This document shows, one piece after another, positions 28,293-43,169 of a stretch of DNA of 64,000 nt. Below the pieces are notes generated by a model. It made no database searches, was not told the DNA's origin, and saw only the letters and a program-made list of their open reading frames with translations. This DNA comes from Octopus vulgaris (Eukaryota): positions 28,644,001-28,708,000 of the forward strand of contig OX597840.1 of the NCBI GenBank assembly GCA_951406725.2, written 5' to 3'. Position 1 is the stretch's first letter. Each line of letters starts with the position of its first letter. The position numbers were made by a program, and so were the translations under genes.

Positions 28293-28401
28293 ACCCTGAA
28301 CACACGAGGACTTAACCTAAAAACGTTGGCTTGTAATTGTTTTGTTATTGTAGCTGATGCTGCTGTTGTTTTATTGTTCGTATTTGTTTTCTCTGTTTCA
28401 G

Positions 28402-28479
28402 AAAGGTGTTTTCTTGACGGCTCGAGGACAAGACATCAACCGACAACCAAATATATTATATATATCTACAGACAGTAGT
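28402..28479 (+). CDS. ITPR: IP3R-like exon 10: KGVFLTARGQDINRQPNILYISTDSS (3' end uncertain, 28479 or 28481)
   Basis: ctgtttcag acceptor, open frame. The donor is either gtgtga (phase 0) or gtgagt (phase 2) at the start of a (GT)n array. Confidence 0.65.
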
Positions 28480-29790
<1,311 letters not shown>

Positions 29791-30082
29791 CTTCGTTTCG
29801 ATTTGTTTGTTTTTCGTTTTTTTTCTTTCCTGTAAATCTTTTTCCTCGCACGCTGCTGACAGTTGTCTTACTGGTGGAGATTTGATGTATTTAGCAGTGA
29901 TTTACACGCATCTGTGTGAATGTATGTGTTTTTGCATATATGTATATACATATATTATATATATATATATATATACACACACACGTATTTGTATACGTAT
30001 ATATATAGAACCTTGTTACTGCTTTTACTATCGCCTATCGTTTGTCTCATTTGATGACATCATATAAGGGTAGTGTTTTCTG

Positions 30083-31410
30083 GTGACGACAGCGATGATG
30101 ATGATAACGATGATGATGATGATGACGATGATGATCATGATGATGATGATGACAACGACAAAGATGATGATGATGTTGATGTTGATGATGATGATGATAA
30201 CGTTGATGATGACGATGATGATGATGATAACGTTGATGATGACGATGATGATGATAATGACGATGATGATGACGATGATGATGATAACAATGATGATGAT
30301 GATGATGATAATGACGATGATGGTGACGATGATGATGATAATGACGATGATGATGACGATGATGATGATGATGATGACGATGATGATGATAACAATGATG
30401 ATAATGGCGATGATGATAACAATGATGATGATGATGATAATGATGACGATGATGATGATGACGATGATGATGATGATGATGACGATGATGATGACGATGA
30501 TGATGATAATGACGATGATAATGACGATGATGATGACGATGATGATGATAACAATGATGATGATGATGATGATGATAATGATGACGATGATGATGATGAT
30601 AATGATGACGATGATGATGATGATGATGACGACGTTGATAATGATGATGATGACGATGATGATGATGATGATGATGACAACGACAAAGATGATGATGATG
30701 TTGATGTTGATGATGATGATGATAACGTTGATGATGACGATGATGATGATGATAACGTTGATGATGACGATGATGATGATAATGACGATGATGATGACGA
30801 TGATGATGATAACAATGATGATGATGATGATGATAATGACGATGATGGTGACGATGATGATGATGATGATGATGATGACGATGATGATGACGATGATGAT
30901 GATAATGACGATGATGATGACAATGACGATGATAATGATGACGATGATGATGATAACAATGATGATAATGGCGATGATGATAACAATGATGATGATGATG
31001 ATAATGATGACGATGATGATGATGACGATGATGATGAAGATGATGATAATGACGATGATAATGACGATGATGATGACGATGATGATGATAACAATGATGA
31101 TGATGATGATGATGATAATGATGACGATGATGATGATGATAATGATGACGATGATGATGATGATGATGATGACGACGTTGATAATGATGATGATGACGAT
31201 GATGATGATGATGACGACGAGGACGATGATGATGAGGAGGAGGAGGATGACGATGACGATGATGACGATGATAATGGTAATGATGATGGTTTGGTGGTGT
31301 GGCTATAGTGGTGGTGATAACGATGATGATGATGATGATAACGATAATGGTGGCGATGATGATGATGGTGGCGATGATGTTGATGTTGGCGACGACGACG
31401 ACGACGAGGA
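30083..31410. repeat. (GAT/GAC/AAT)n array with internal duplication of about 530 bp
   Basis: GACAACGACAAAGATGATGATGATGTTGATGTT at about 30151 and 30676. Confidence 0.95.
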
Positions 31411-32114
31411 TTTAGCTCTCTTACGAAGAAAGCGAAGTGACATTTTGGGCAATTCTTTGCGTACCAAGCATCGTCTCTTAATATACCAATATACATTCGT
31501 CTTTCGTTATGTCCCAAACAACACCTTAACATACCAATATATTCGTTTTCCTTTATTGTTTTTTTAACGGCGAACTCGAAGTAGATAACGCTATGAACAA
31601 TAGCGCGTAAATATGAAGATAAAAAATATCTTTCGATAGAAAAAACTTTTTTCCCATCCAAATGGATTTTATAATTCAATATTTACACGCCATTATTTAT
31701 AGCTTCATCCACATCGAGCTAAACCGTAAAAAAAAAAACAATTATTTCACACTCTCTCGAGTTTTCTATATTCTTATAACGTAAACGACATGCGAATATA
31801 AACAATATGTCAATAGCCAGCTGGAAAAGATGTTCTCCTGGGGCTACAAGCTACAGTAACATCCACCCTTAGTGGTTAGCCACATTTAAGTGACAAATAT
31901 ACTTCACATTATCGTGCAGCTATTGTTTATACCTCGTTCAGAGATTTATTATAACATGCGAATATATATTTGTCCTTTGTTACTTTCCTTACACCTCTTC
32001 TATAATTAGTCACTATCCAAAAACCACACATTCTTTTGGACTGATATATCAATCAGTTATTGATTTTATTAGTAAACTAAATATTTCACCAGATCAATAT
32101 TTCTTTACTTGCAG

Positions 32115-32192
32115 GAGAATAGTGTCATCTATAATAAAGACAAGCATGATTTCCTCATTCACCAATTAAATTTATACAAAGCTTTATGCTAT
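32115..32192 (+). CDS. ITPR: IP3R-like exon 11: ENSVIYNKDKHDFLIHQLNLYKALCY
   Basis: cttgcag acceptor, gtaagt donor; QLNL...LC matches IP3R QLNLFARMC. Confidence 0.9.
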
Positions 32193-33110
32193 GTAAGTAT
32201 AAATTCTGTATCACTAATTGCATTGTGTCTCACTTGCTTGGATTTTTCGGTTCAATTTCGCTGCACAGCGAACTGGACAAAGTTTTCTTCTACAGCCTCG
32301 AGTTACCCAGAGTTTTGCGGATGAAATGTGATAGATGAATACTGCACAGAACCCCACCCGAAGGATTATTGCTGTTCAGGGAGGGTTGACTTAATTTATT
32401 AAATGGTTTAACACAACGGATTTGGACCGTTGCATCCGTTGTGCGGAGAGAGCTTAAAACAGTTTTTCAGAAAAGCTATTTATAAATTTATGATAATCTT
32501 GTTTCAGCCATTGGACAGTAATCATGTTGGGGCACCGGCTGCCCCTAGTACTTCTTTACTTTAAGTCTTATTCTATCGGTCTCTATTACCGATGCGCTAA
32601 GTTACAGGGACGTAAACAAAATAACACCGGTTGTTAAGGGCTGGTGGGGACAAACACAAACACACATACATAGCCATACATTCATACATATACACAATCA
32701 TACATTGATACATACATACATACATACATGCATGCATTCATACATACGCACATACATATATGCATACATACATACATACATACATACATACATACATACA
32801 TGCATACATACATACATATGTACAAACACTCACACACATGATGACGAGCTTCCTTGCAGGTTCCATCTGCAAGGCATTCACTCACAAGGCATTGGTGAAT
32901 CCGGGGCTACAGTAGAAAACACTTCCCGTCCCAAAGGTGCCACGCAGTGGGACTGAACACGAAAACAAGCGGTTAAGACAGATGTAGCCTCTACTGATAT
33001 CAAAAGACTTGTGATTAACAAATCACGAGCGTTGCAATTAGTCGGTCGGCTGAATTTATGAAAAATTAATTCAGAACAGCACGCAGTTCAATATAGAACG
33101 CTAATGGATA

Positions 33111-33157
33111 ATTGCCACTGACGATGCTCAAGGAAGCAGAAATACGTACTTAGCAAT
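33111..33157 (+). ncRNA. Minimal type I hammerhead-like motif with mutated cleavage triplet
   Basis: ATTGCCA-CTGACGA-TGCT-caagga-AGCA-GAAAT-ACGT-ACT-TAGCAAT; perfect stem II, 6/7 stem I, palindromic loop. Confidence 0.55.
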
Positions 33158-33689
33158 TCCACCACCGTTACTGGACCATTTTCATTTGTTGCTGATGTAT
33201 TTCTGTGTTTTTTAACAATATACGTCTATTTAATATGCTTTCTCGAGACGAGTAATGCAGTTTCTAGACTTTCAACAGTATATCTGCGTTGAGTATGATA
33301 TACAGAATGCTATTTTGAAATTTTGAACGAATACTGCTTCCCTCACTAATAACAAACACAGACACACATATATATATATACATATGTAGAAAGAGAGAGG
33401 GAGGGAGCGAGAGACGGAGAGAGATGTGTATGCCTGTGTGTGTCTGTGTGTGTGTGAGTCTGTGTGTGTGTGTGTGTGTGTGAGTGTGTGTGTGTGTATG
33501 TGCGTGTGTGTGCATGCACTTATAGCAACAGGCCTAACTGATGCTCTGCCGAGTCCTCAGTTGGACCACAGTTTTTATAGACCTAGACAAGCAATGATCA
33601 TATTACATACACATACAAACGCGGGTGCTCCTATTCGCTGATATATATATCATATATGCGTGTGTGCGTATACATATATATATATATAT

Positions 33690-33757
<68 letters not shown>

Positions 33758-33824
33758 ATATGTATGTATACATATATATGTACATATGTATGTATGTATA
33801 CATATATGTATGTATGTATATGTA

Positions 33825-33873
<49 letters not shown>

Positions 33874-33877
33874 TTAT

Positions 33878-33979
<102 letters not shown>

Positions 33980-34288
33980 TGTATGTATGTATGTATGTAT
34001 GTATGTATACGCATAGACTCATATACGCACGCATACGTAGACATAGACGCTCAGTAATAAAACACATACGTACTCCGCAGGGTACATCATAATTAGTTTT
34101 AGCGAGTTATTTTTTTCTCTTTCGTCTAATGCCGCAAATATTCATCTAAATTGAATTATGATTCCTTTGTGTTTATGACATTAGGTCTGTGATGTGAAAA
34201 AATAAACAGAAACGGCCGCCATTTTATTATACATGATGCAAAGGAAATATTAGTGATGTTACCTCATAAATGTGATCATACTATAAAT

Positions 34289-34365
<77 letters not shown>

Positions 34366-34573
34366 TAGATAGATAGATAGATAGACAGATAGATAGTCAG
34401 ATAGATAGATGTGTGTTTAGAAAGAGAGAGATATGTAGGTTGATAAATAGATGCATATGTACATAAAGACAAATAGATAGATAGATAGATAGATAGATAC
34501 ATACATACATACATACATACATATACACATACATACATACATACATATACACATACATACATACATACATACA

Positions 34574-34607
<34 letters not shown>

Positions 34608-34681
34608 CATAAAGACATAGATCGATATATATATATGTATATATGCATATATATATATGTGTGTGTTTGATAGGTAGATGT

Positions 34682-34722
<41 letters not shown>

Positions 34723-34924
34723 TTAGATTGCTACAGACATACGTAGATCGATAAACAGTTTGATAGTTAGATAGATAGATAGATAGATAGATATATGGAT
34801 AGATACATACATACATATACAAAGCGGGAGAGAGATAATTTATCTATCTATCGATAGACAGATAGATATATAGACCGACAGATAGATACATAACTACTGT
34901 ATGTTTGCTTTGTATGTGCGTGAG

Positions 34925-34987
<63 letters not shown>

Positions 34988-35055
34988 TCGTATAATGGAT
35001 TGTTACAGTACATTAATTGTTTTGTTTTTGTTTTTGTTTTTTTCTGTATTTTCAG

Positions 35056-35188
35056 GGTCGGAATGATTATGCTATTAACATCATAACCAAGGAGCTCCGC
35101 TACCTGACCTGGGAGGAAACATTTTTATCGCTACGCTCCGACATATTGCCTGACGCCATTCGTGCTAAATACTGTGACCTAACGACAA
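35056..35188 (+). CDS. ITPR: IP3R-like exon 12: GRNDYAINIITKELRYLTWEETFLSLRSDILPDAIRAKYCDLTT
   Basis: ttttcag acceptor, gtaaat donor; matches IP3R RQYLAIN...LPYDLRASFC. Confidence 0.92.
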
Positions 35189-35707
35189 GTAAATAACATT
35201 GCCAAAGAATTACTCTCCTGTGTTTTCATTGGTGAAATTGTTATCATTCTTGTTACTCCTACTAAAGCGCTGAGCTGGCAGAATCGCTGGCGCAGCGGGT
35301 CCTGTGCTTAGCGGTATTTCGTCCGTCTTTCCTTTCTGAGTTCGAATTCCGCCGAGGTTGATTTATTATTTTTTTTTTTTTTTACATTTCAACATTTCGG
35401 GGTCGATAAATTAAGAACCTCTCCCCTAAAACTTCAGGCGTTGTGCCTTTCGTTGAAAGGATTGTTGTTACTGTTGCTAAGGCATCGAGCTGACAGAATC
35501 GTTGGCGCGCCGGACAAAGTGCTTAGCGGTATTTCGTCCGTCTTTCCTTTCTGAGTTCAAATTCCTGCAAGGTCGATTTTTGCCTTTCATCCTTTCAGGG
35601 TCGATAAAATAAGTACCAGTTGAATACTGGGGTCGATGTAATTGACTCATCCCCTCCCCCAAAACTGCTGCCTTTGAGCCAAAATTTGAATCCATCATTA
35701 TTATTAT

Positions 35708-35745
<38 letters not shown>

Positions 35746-36904
35746 CCGTTATTATTGAGGATATTGTTGTTGTTGTTGCTTGTTCTGTTATCGCTGTTTC
35801 AGCCGCATTTGCTGCTGATTCTTTACGCATTTTTTTTTGTTGGTTTTGTTCTTGCATTTACTGTTGCTGCTGAAGCTGTTGCTGCTGTTGTTGATGTTGT
35901 TGTTGTTGTTTTGTCAATGTTTGTTATTATTTTAACTACTTCCGTTGTTGTTGTTTTTATTGTTTCAACGTTTGTTCTTGTTGTTATTGTTTCTTTGCCT
36001 CTTCTGTTCTCGTTGCTGCTGCATTTGTTGTTGTAATAGTTTGTTGTTGTGATGGTGGTGGTGGTCGTCGTCGTGGTGATGGTGGTGGTCGTGGTGATGG
36101 TGGTAGGGATGAGGGTGGTGGTGGTGGTGGTGGTAGTGATGGTGGTTGTGGTGGTGGTGGTATAGGCAGTAGTGGTGGTGGTGGTGGTGGTGGTGTTGTA
36201 GTGGTGGTGGTGTTGTAGGGTGATGGTGATGGTGTTGTAGGTGGTTGTGTTGGTGGCGATGATGGTGTCGGTATAGGTGGTGACGGTGGTGGGGTGATGG
36301 TAGTGGTGGTGGTAATGGTAGTGATGGTAGTGGCGGTATAGGTGGTGGTAGTGTTGTAGACGGTGATGGTAGTGCTGTAAGTGTTGGCGGTATAGGTGTT
36401 GGTGGTGGTGGTGGTGGTGGTGGTGGTGGTGGTGGTGGTGGTGGTAGCTGTGTGGTGGTGGTGGTGGTGGTGGTGGTAGCTGCGGTGGTGGTCGTGGTGG
36501 TGGTGGATGGTGTGGTGGTGGTGGTGGTGGTGGTGGTGGTGGTGGTGGTGGCGTTCTTGCAAATAGTGCTGATGTGGTTGCTGTTATTCATATTATTGTT
36601 GTCGCTGTTGTTGCTTGTTCAAACATTGCTGCCGGCGTCACATCCACCGTTGTTTTCGTTGTTATTGGTTACTGTTCGCCGTTAATACTGTTGCTATAGC
36701 AACTGCTGCTGTTGCTACTGTTCTTCCTGCTGTTCTTCTTGTTCTTGTTCTTGTTGCCGTTGTTATTGTTGCAGCTTGCAAACATTATTATGTTGCATAC
36801 ATCAAACATATTCCTCGTTTTCCGGTTCCTCAATATAAACGATGAGTACACCACGAGTACAAAAATAAAGTACTGATATGTAAACAAGAGAAATGGCAAA
36901 TAAA

Positions 36905-37012
36905 TCACCTGAGGAGGCACATCTACACCTGTGATGCACCACAAATATTTATACTGCATCTCACCTGCAAAGTACCAGTGCCTGATAGGTCGAAACGATT
37001 GTTGTGAATAAA
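36905..37012 (+). ncRNA. Type I hammerhead-like motif with long stem II, followed by AATAAA
   Basis: TCAC-CTGAGGA-GGC...GTC-GAAAC-GATT-GTT-GTGA. Confidence 0.55.
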
Positions 37013-37473
37013 AAGTCTTTCAATTTCCATTTTCTTTCATGTCTCTAAAAACTCCATACATAAAAAGATAAATGCGCCTTTTTAAAGCCTAGCCAGGCTC
37101 ATGGGTCCGGTTTCCCGGTTTCTATGGCGTATGTGTATCCCAGCTGGACAGGACGCCAGTCCATTGCAGCGTTACTCATTTTTGCCAGCTGAGTGGACTG
37201 GAGCAACGTGAAATGAAGTGTTTTGCTCAAGAACACTACGCGTCGCCCGGTCCAGGAATTGAAACCACTACATTAGATCATGATGCTGACACCCTAACCA
37301 CTAAGCCACGCGCCTCCACATAAATGCACCCTTTTAAAGCCTAAGGTAGCAAAAATTCCCATAAGCGCCAAAGACATTACAGACTACATATAAAGGTAGA
37401 AATTCCAAGGTTAAGTGAAATGTTTTTGAATAACATGGGTAAATTAAGAACTGGAGTCAAACGCAGGTGTTAT

Positions 37474-37796
37474 TCAAATCATTTATATTTCCAACATATG
37501 TTTCGAAAAAAGCATTGAGATTATTCCGGAGGGAATAAAAATGATGTAAAACAATGCATTCGTCTCGTCAAACAAAACACATTAACGGCTTTAAAAAAAA
37601 AATAACTTGCTAGCGTTCTCCTTACATTATACATTTACGTGTGTGGTAATCACTTTCGGTTAAATGGCTTATTGATGTGTTTTGTTTTTTTTTCTTCCCT
37701 GAGGAGATAGATACATTGTTTTACATCATTTTTATTCCCTCCGGAATAATGTCAATGTTTTTTTCGAAACATATGTTGGATGTATAAATGGTTTGA
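37474..37796. mobile_element. Inverted repeat (about 85-bp arms) with hammerhead-like motifs; Penelope-like pLTR remnant
   Basis: Arms 37474-37557 and 37711-37796; + strand TCC-CTGAGGA(37699)-...-GAAAC-ATAT-GTT-GGA(37780). Confidence 0.55.
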
Positions 37797-37899
37797 CTCA
37801 ATTTCTTACTTTATCCACACACACACACACACACATACACATACACATACACATATTTATATTTTGATATATATATGTTTATATATTGTATCTCTTTAT

Positions 37900-37999
37900 N
37901 NNNNNNNNNNNNNNNNNNNNNNNNNNNNNNNNNNNNNNNNNNNNNNNNNNNNNNNNNNNNNNNNNNNNNNNNNNNNNNNNNNNNNNNNNNNNNNNNNNN
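37900..37999. other. Assembly gap (100 N)
   Basis: Run of exactly 100 N, a typical unknown-size scaffold join. Confidence 0.99.
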
Positions 38000-38087
38000 T
38001 TGTTTTATTTCTATTCCTGAGCGCCACTAATACAATTGTTTGTACTCCACCTGCCTTCGTCTTTTGTTTATTTTCATAAAGCTTCCC

Positions 38088-38137
<50 letters not shown>

Positions 38138-38139
38138 TA

Positions 38140-38570
38140 TATCTTTTATCTTTCACTTGTTTCAGTCGTTTGACTGTGGCCATGCTGGGGCACTGCCTTG
38201 ACAGGTTTTACTTGAACAAATCAGCTGTAGGACTTACTTTTTAAAGCCTAGTACTCATTCTATCATTCTCTTTTGCCAGACTGCTAGGTTACAGATACGT
38301 AAATACACCAACACCAGTTGTCAAGCAATGTTGGGGGGGCAAACACACACACACCTAGACACACACACCTAGATACACACACACATGTATGTATATATAT
38401 ATATATATAAGATGGGCTTCTTTCAGTTTCCATCTCCCAAATCCGCTCTCAAGGCTTTAGTCTTCCTGAGGCTAAAGTAGAAGACACTTGCCCAAGGTAC
38501 CATGCAGTAGGACTGAACCTGGAACCATGTGGTTGGGAAGCAAGCTTCTTACCACACAGCCATGCCTGCA
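38140..38570 (-). mobile_element. SINE family A, CpG-decayed
   Basis: Family A head and tail with many CG to TG/CA changes. Confidence 0.8.
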
Positions 38571-39814
38571 ATCTTTTAGCTTTTATTTTCTTGCTTCAGT
38601 CATTGGACTGCGGCCAGGCTGGGGCACTGCATTAAAGGATTTAATCAAATGAATCAACCCCTGCACTTAGTATTTTTTTGTTAAGCCTCATACTTCTTCG
38701 GTTGGTCTCTTTTGCCGCACTGTTAAGTTATGAGGACATAATCAAACCAACACACACACGCACTCACACATATAATTATTATACATGACAGGCTTCTTTC
38801 AGTTTCCGTTAGTTGGACAGTTTGACAAGAGCTGGTATAGCCAGGGGCCATACCAGAGTCCATTGTCTGTTCTGGCATGGTTTCTATGGCTGGATGCCCT
38901 TCCTAATGCCAACCTCTCCACAGAGTTTACTGAAGACTTTTTACATGGTACCAACACTTGAATCAATTCTGCTGTGATGGACAAGTCTACTTGAGTAGAG
39001 AAAGGCACCAGATATCTTGGTTCAATACATACATAAACATGTGTGTGCCAGCGGAATTCAATTCATCTCCAGTTGAAAGACGCCTGTTGTGATGTCCTGT
39101 TATTATTATTATTATTATTATTATTGTTTTTTTTGTGTTATTTTTGTATTTATATTTGTGTAACATCGTCCGTTTTTCCGTTCTTGTTTCGTATACATTC
39201 AAAGCTTTTTTCCAAGGAATCTAATGCTCTTAGCTTAGTTTTTCCTTGGGGCTGGCCAGATTGGAGCAATCTCAAGATTAATCAGCCGAAATTGTGAGGA
39301 TAATCCAGTTCTTGACTGAAGATTAAAGGCTTTGAATGACCCGTCTGTGGTTTTTGTATCGTCTTTTGGATGTTTTGTGTTCTTGTCCCATTTTGTATTT
39401 TTATATATATATGTGTGTGTGTGTGTGTGTATCATCATTTAACGTCCGTTTTCCATGCTGGCATGGGTTGCACTGTCTGACTGAAAACTGGTAAGCTGCA
39501 GAGCTGCACCAGATTCACTCCCACAGAGGCCATTACAAATGACTGAGACCTTTGGTGATACGCTGTGCTTTGAGAAGACCTTTCAAGCCAAGTGAAATCA
39601 TAGTTGTGGCCAATGCTGATGTCACGTAACTGGTACCCATAGAAAATACCCATTACACCTTTGGAGTGGTTGGCGTTAGGAAGGGCTTCCAGCTGCCAAA
39701 ACCCTGCCAAATCAGAGTAGAGCTTGGTGCAGCTCTCTCTATCTCACCAGTTTCAGTCAAACTGTCCAACCCATGCCAGCATGGAAAGCAGATGTTAAAT
39801 GATGATGATGATAT

Positions 39815-39856
<42 letters not shown>

Positions 39857-40481
39857 TGCTTAGATGGAATTTGAGAGGTGCTGTGTTTGATTCCCTATGG
39901 CTGTTTGCTGGCCACTTTTTTCTGTTGTCTAAAGGGTATTTATCTGATTCTCTAACAATAGCAAAAGTTCAATAACCCACCTACTGGATACAGCAAGCAT
40001 TTACATCTAAATGCCAACCAAGGATCCGTAAGCTGTGTTGATAAACACCAACTGCTATTTGTAATAGCAGAAATACTTATGATACTGCTAGCATGATAAC
40101 AATGCCGGTGAATGGAGTCAGGACTGCTTTATGTACAAATAAAAATGATAAATACTCATGCAGAGAAAAATCAAAATGTCCTTTGATGAATCTCTGTATG
40201 AGTACAGATCTTGTATATAATGTACTGTGCACACAAGGGGAGGGCCCTATGTTTACATGCTAGCATGGAGAACGGATGTTAAACGATGATGATGATACCC
40301 CTTATTTCTTATCAGCAAATCATCCTCAAACTCTGTGCTTTGGAATTTTTCTTAAATAGAAAATCCCTTACTTGCAAAACAGGTCATGGTTGTCAACAGG
40401 AAGAGCATCCAACCATGAAATATCCTATTTCAATCTCAATTTGTCAGACCCACGCTAGCATGAGTTAGACAGTTTGATATA

Positions 40482-41154
40482 TCTATACATATAAAACTCA
40501 ACTTGTGTGTCTGTGTCTGTGTGTTTAACTTCCCGGCACATCTCCTCCTAGCCAACAAATCGTAGAACCACCAAAAATGGGTCACTTAAAGTTTAGGCGA
40601 ATGAAAATTGAACTGCGCTATTTCTGTTCCGAAATTCATCTCGCAAGTGCAAAAATCGATAATGTGTTTGTTTAGGCCTTATCCCATGCATTGAATAGTG
40701 AACTTTACTCAGTCAGCTGTTTGACGTGAACTGTGTTTACCACGCGTGCAAGCATGCGTAAATTGCATGAAAAATAAAAAATCAAGATATAAAAACGAAT
40801 CGCCATAAACATTGTAGAAATTCGGGAAAGAAATGAATTTTTGGGATGTAGCCTGGAGGGTTTTTTTCGTATTAATCGTTTGGACTTTGTGAACACATAC
40901 CAATTGTTTTCACAACATTTTTAACGCTTTGAATTAAATGTGACCATTTTGCGTTGAGTCTGCAGTTTGAATCACTTTAACCAAATTTTAGCAGGCCGGA
41001 TTTTTGATCATCACGATACATCACCAGCGACTCCCTGAAACTCTCCCCTGAAATCCCTGTTGAGAAATCTATTATATATATAATAATACTTTGAATGTGA
41101 CTCCTCAGAAAGAGTAAAAGTAATTATCCGATGAACAACGGGTATTACTGCTAG
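40482..41154 (+). mobile_element. Non-autonomous Helitron
   Basis: A|TCTATACATATAAAACT start similar to the 10317 element; degenerate CCG..CGGG hairpin; TACTGCTAG|T end. Confidence 0.75.
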
Positions 41155-41522
41155 TGTATATGATGGACTGTTAGCTCCTACACGCATTTTTTTCTCACCT
41201 TGTTTCTTTTCTGTGTATCTTTCTGTCGAAGAGCATAGGCTCGAAACGTAAAAGACTTTTTCTATTCCTATTCCTGAGTGCCATACTAATACAATTGTTT
41301 GTTTGTACTCCACCTGCCTTCATCTTTTGTTTATTTTCGTAAACCTTCCCGTTATATATAAAGCTTTGTTGACTTGATGTGTTCTTAGGAATAAGTTAAG
41401 TAATAGGGTATGGAGAGAAGCTGTTTTCTAGGCTTTTCCATGATTTAAAACCGATACATATTGCTTGCAATAATCATCATGACGATAGTAGTGATGATGA
41501 TGCTAACCAAGACAATGATACC

Positions 41523-41567
<45 letters not shown>

Positions 41568-41732
41568 GATAAATTTGAATCCATTTGCATTCCCCTCTCA
41601 GATTCACACACTTAAAGCAGCAGTTTTTGTAAGTTCTTCTAATCCTTTTAAAAGAACTTGGAAGGTTTGGGGTCCAACCAGACCGTTTGCAATACCCTTA
41701 AAACCAGGAACTTTTCAGCATTCCCTTGTATA

Positions 41733-42917
41733 TACTCTTTACTCTTTTACTTGTTTCAGTCATTTGACTGTGGCCATGCTGGAGCACCACCTTTAATCGA
41801 GCAACTTGACCCTGGGACTTATTCTTTTGTAAGCCCAGTACTTATTCTATCGGTCTCTTTTGCCGAACCGCTAAGTAATGGGGACATAAACACACCAGCA
41901 TCGGCTGTCAAGCAATGCTAGGGGGACAAACACAGACACACAAACACACATATATATAGGGAGGGCCCTATGTTTACATGCTAGCATGGAGAACGGACGT
42001 TAAACGATGATGATGATGATACCCCTTATTTCTTATCAGCAAATCATCCTCAAACTCTGTGCTTTGGAATTTTTCTTAAATAGAAAATCCCTTACTTGCA
42101 AAACAGGTCATGGTTGTCAACAGGAAGAGCATCCAACCATGAAATATCCTATTTCAATCTCAATTTGTCAGACCTACGCTAGCATGAGTTAGACAGTTTG
42201 ATATATCTATACATATAAAACTCAACTTGTGTGTCTGTGTCTGTGTGTTTAACTTCCCGGCACATCTCCTCCTAGCCAACAAATCGTAGAACCACCAAAA
42301 ATGGGTCACTTAAAGTTTAGGCGAATGAAAATTGAACTGCGCTATTTCTGTTCCGAAATTCATCTCGCAAGTGCAAAAATCGATAATGTGTTTGTTTAGG
42401 CCTTATCCCATGCATTGAATAGTGAACTTTACTCAGTCAGCTGTTTGACGTGAGCTGTGTTCACCACGCGTGCAAGCATGCGTAAATTGCATGAAAAATA
42501 AAAAATCAAGATATAAAAATGAATTGCCATAAACATTTGGTTAAAGTGATTCAAACTGCAGACTCAACGCAAAATGGTCACATTTAATTCAAAGCGTTAA
42601 AAATGTTATGAAAACAATTGGTATATGTTCACAAAGTCCAAACGATTAATACGAAAAAAACCCTCCAGGCTACATCCCAAAAATTCATTTCTTTCCCGAA
42701 TTTCTACAATGTTTATGGCAATTCATTTTTATATCGTATATATATATATATATACGATGGGCTTCTTTCAGTTTCCGTCTACCAAATCCACTCACAAGGC
42801 TTTGGTCGGCCCAAGGCTATAGTAAAAGACACTTGCCCAAGGTGTCACGCAGTGGGACTGAACCCGGAACCATGTGGTTGGTAAGCAAGCTACCTACCAC
42901 ACAGCCACTCCTGCGCC
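41733..42917 (-). mobile_element. SINE family A split by a 777-bp templated insertion
   Basis: 3' half at 41733-41958, 5' half at 42736-42917. Confidence 0.8.
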
Positions 42918-43169
42918 TATATATATATTTATATATATATACATCATCATCATCATTAAATGTCCGTTTTCCACATTGACATGCGTTGGACAGTTTGACC
43001 AGAGTTGGCAAGGTCAAGGGTCACACTCGACTCCATGGTCTGTTCTGGCAATTTTTCTATGACTGGATGTCCCTCCTAACACTGACCACTTTACAGAGTG
43101 CGCTAGGTGCTTTCACATTGCACCACAAGGGTCCTTTTATGTGGCACCAGATGGGTGCTTTTATGTGGC

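Larger units (their letters stand above)
26336..28373. repeat. Complex tandem duplication: SINE tail plus 115-bp unit
   Basis: GCGTTGTCAATTTT at 27841, 27956, 28071 (period 115), also near 26535, 27209 and 27727; 27340-27503 repeated at 28210-28373. Confidence 0.9.

Noticed and set aside
30073-31567. Long poly-Asp / poly-Met / poly-Ser ORFs (411-514 aa)
   Set aside because: Translations of an intronic (GAT)n array; no splice or domain support.
35965-36591. Pro/Thr/His-rich extensin- or mucin-like ORFs
   Set aside because: (GGT)n low-complexity tract following exon 12.
41222-41260. TCGAAGAGC-atag-GCTCGAAAC hammerhead variant; similar GAAA/CTGANGA pieces near 1380-1425, 39285-39322 and 56060-56130
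   Set aside because: Core or cleavage triplet is non-canonical. These may be decayed Penelope-like ends, but they are not supportable as ribozymes.
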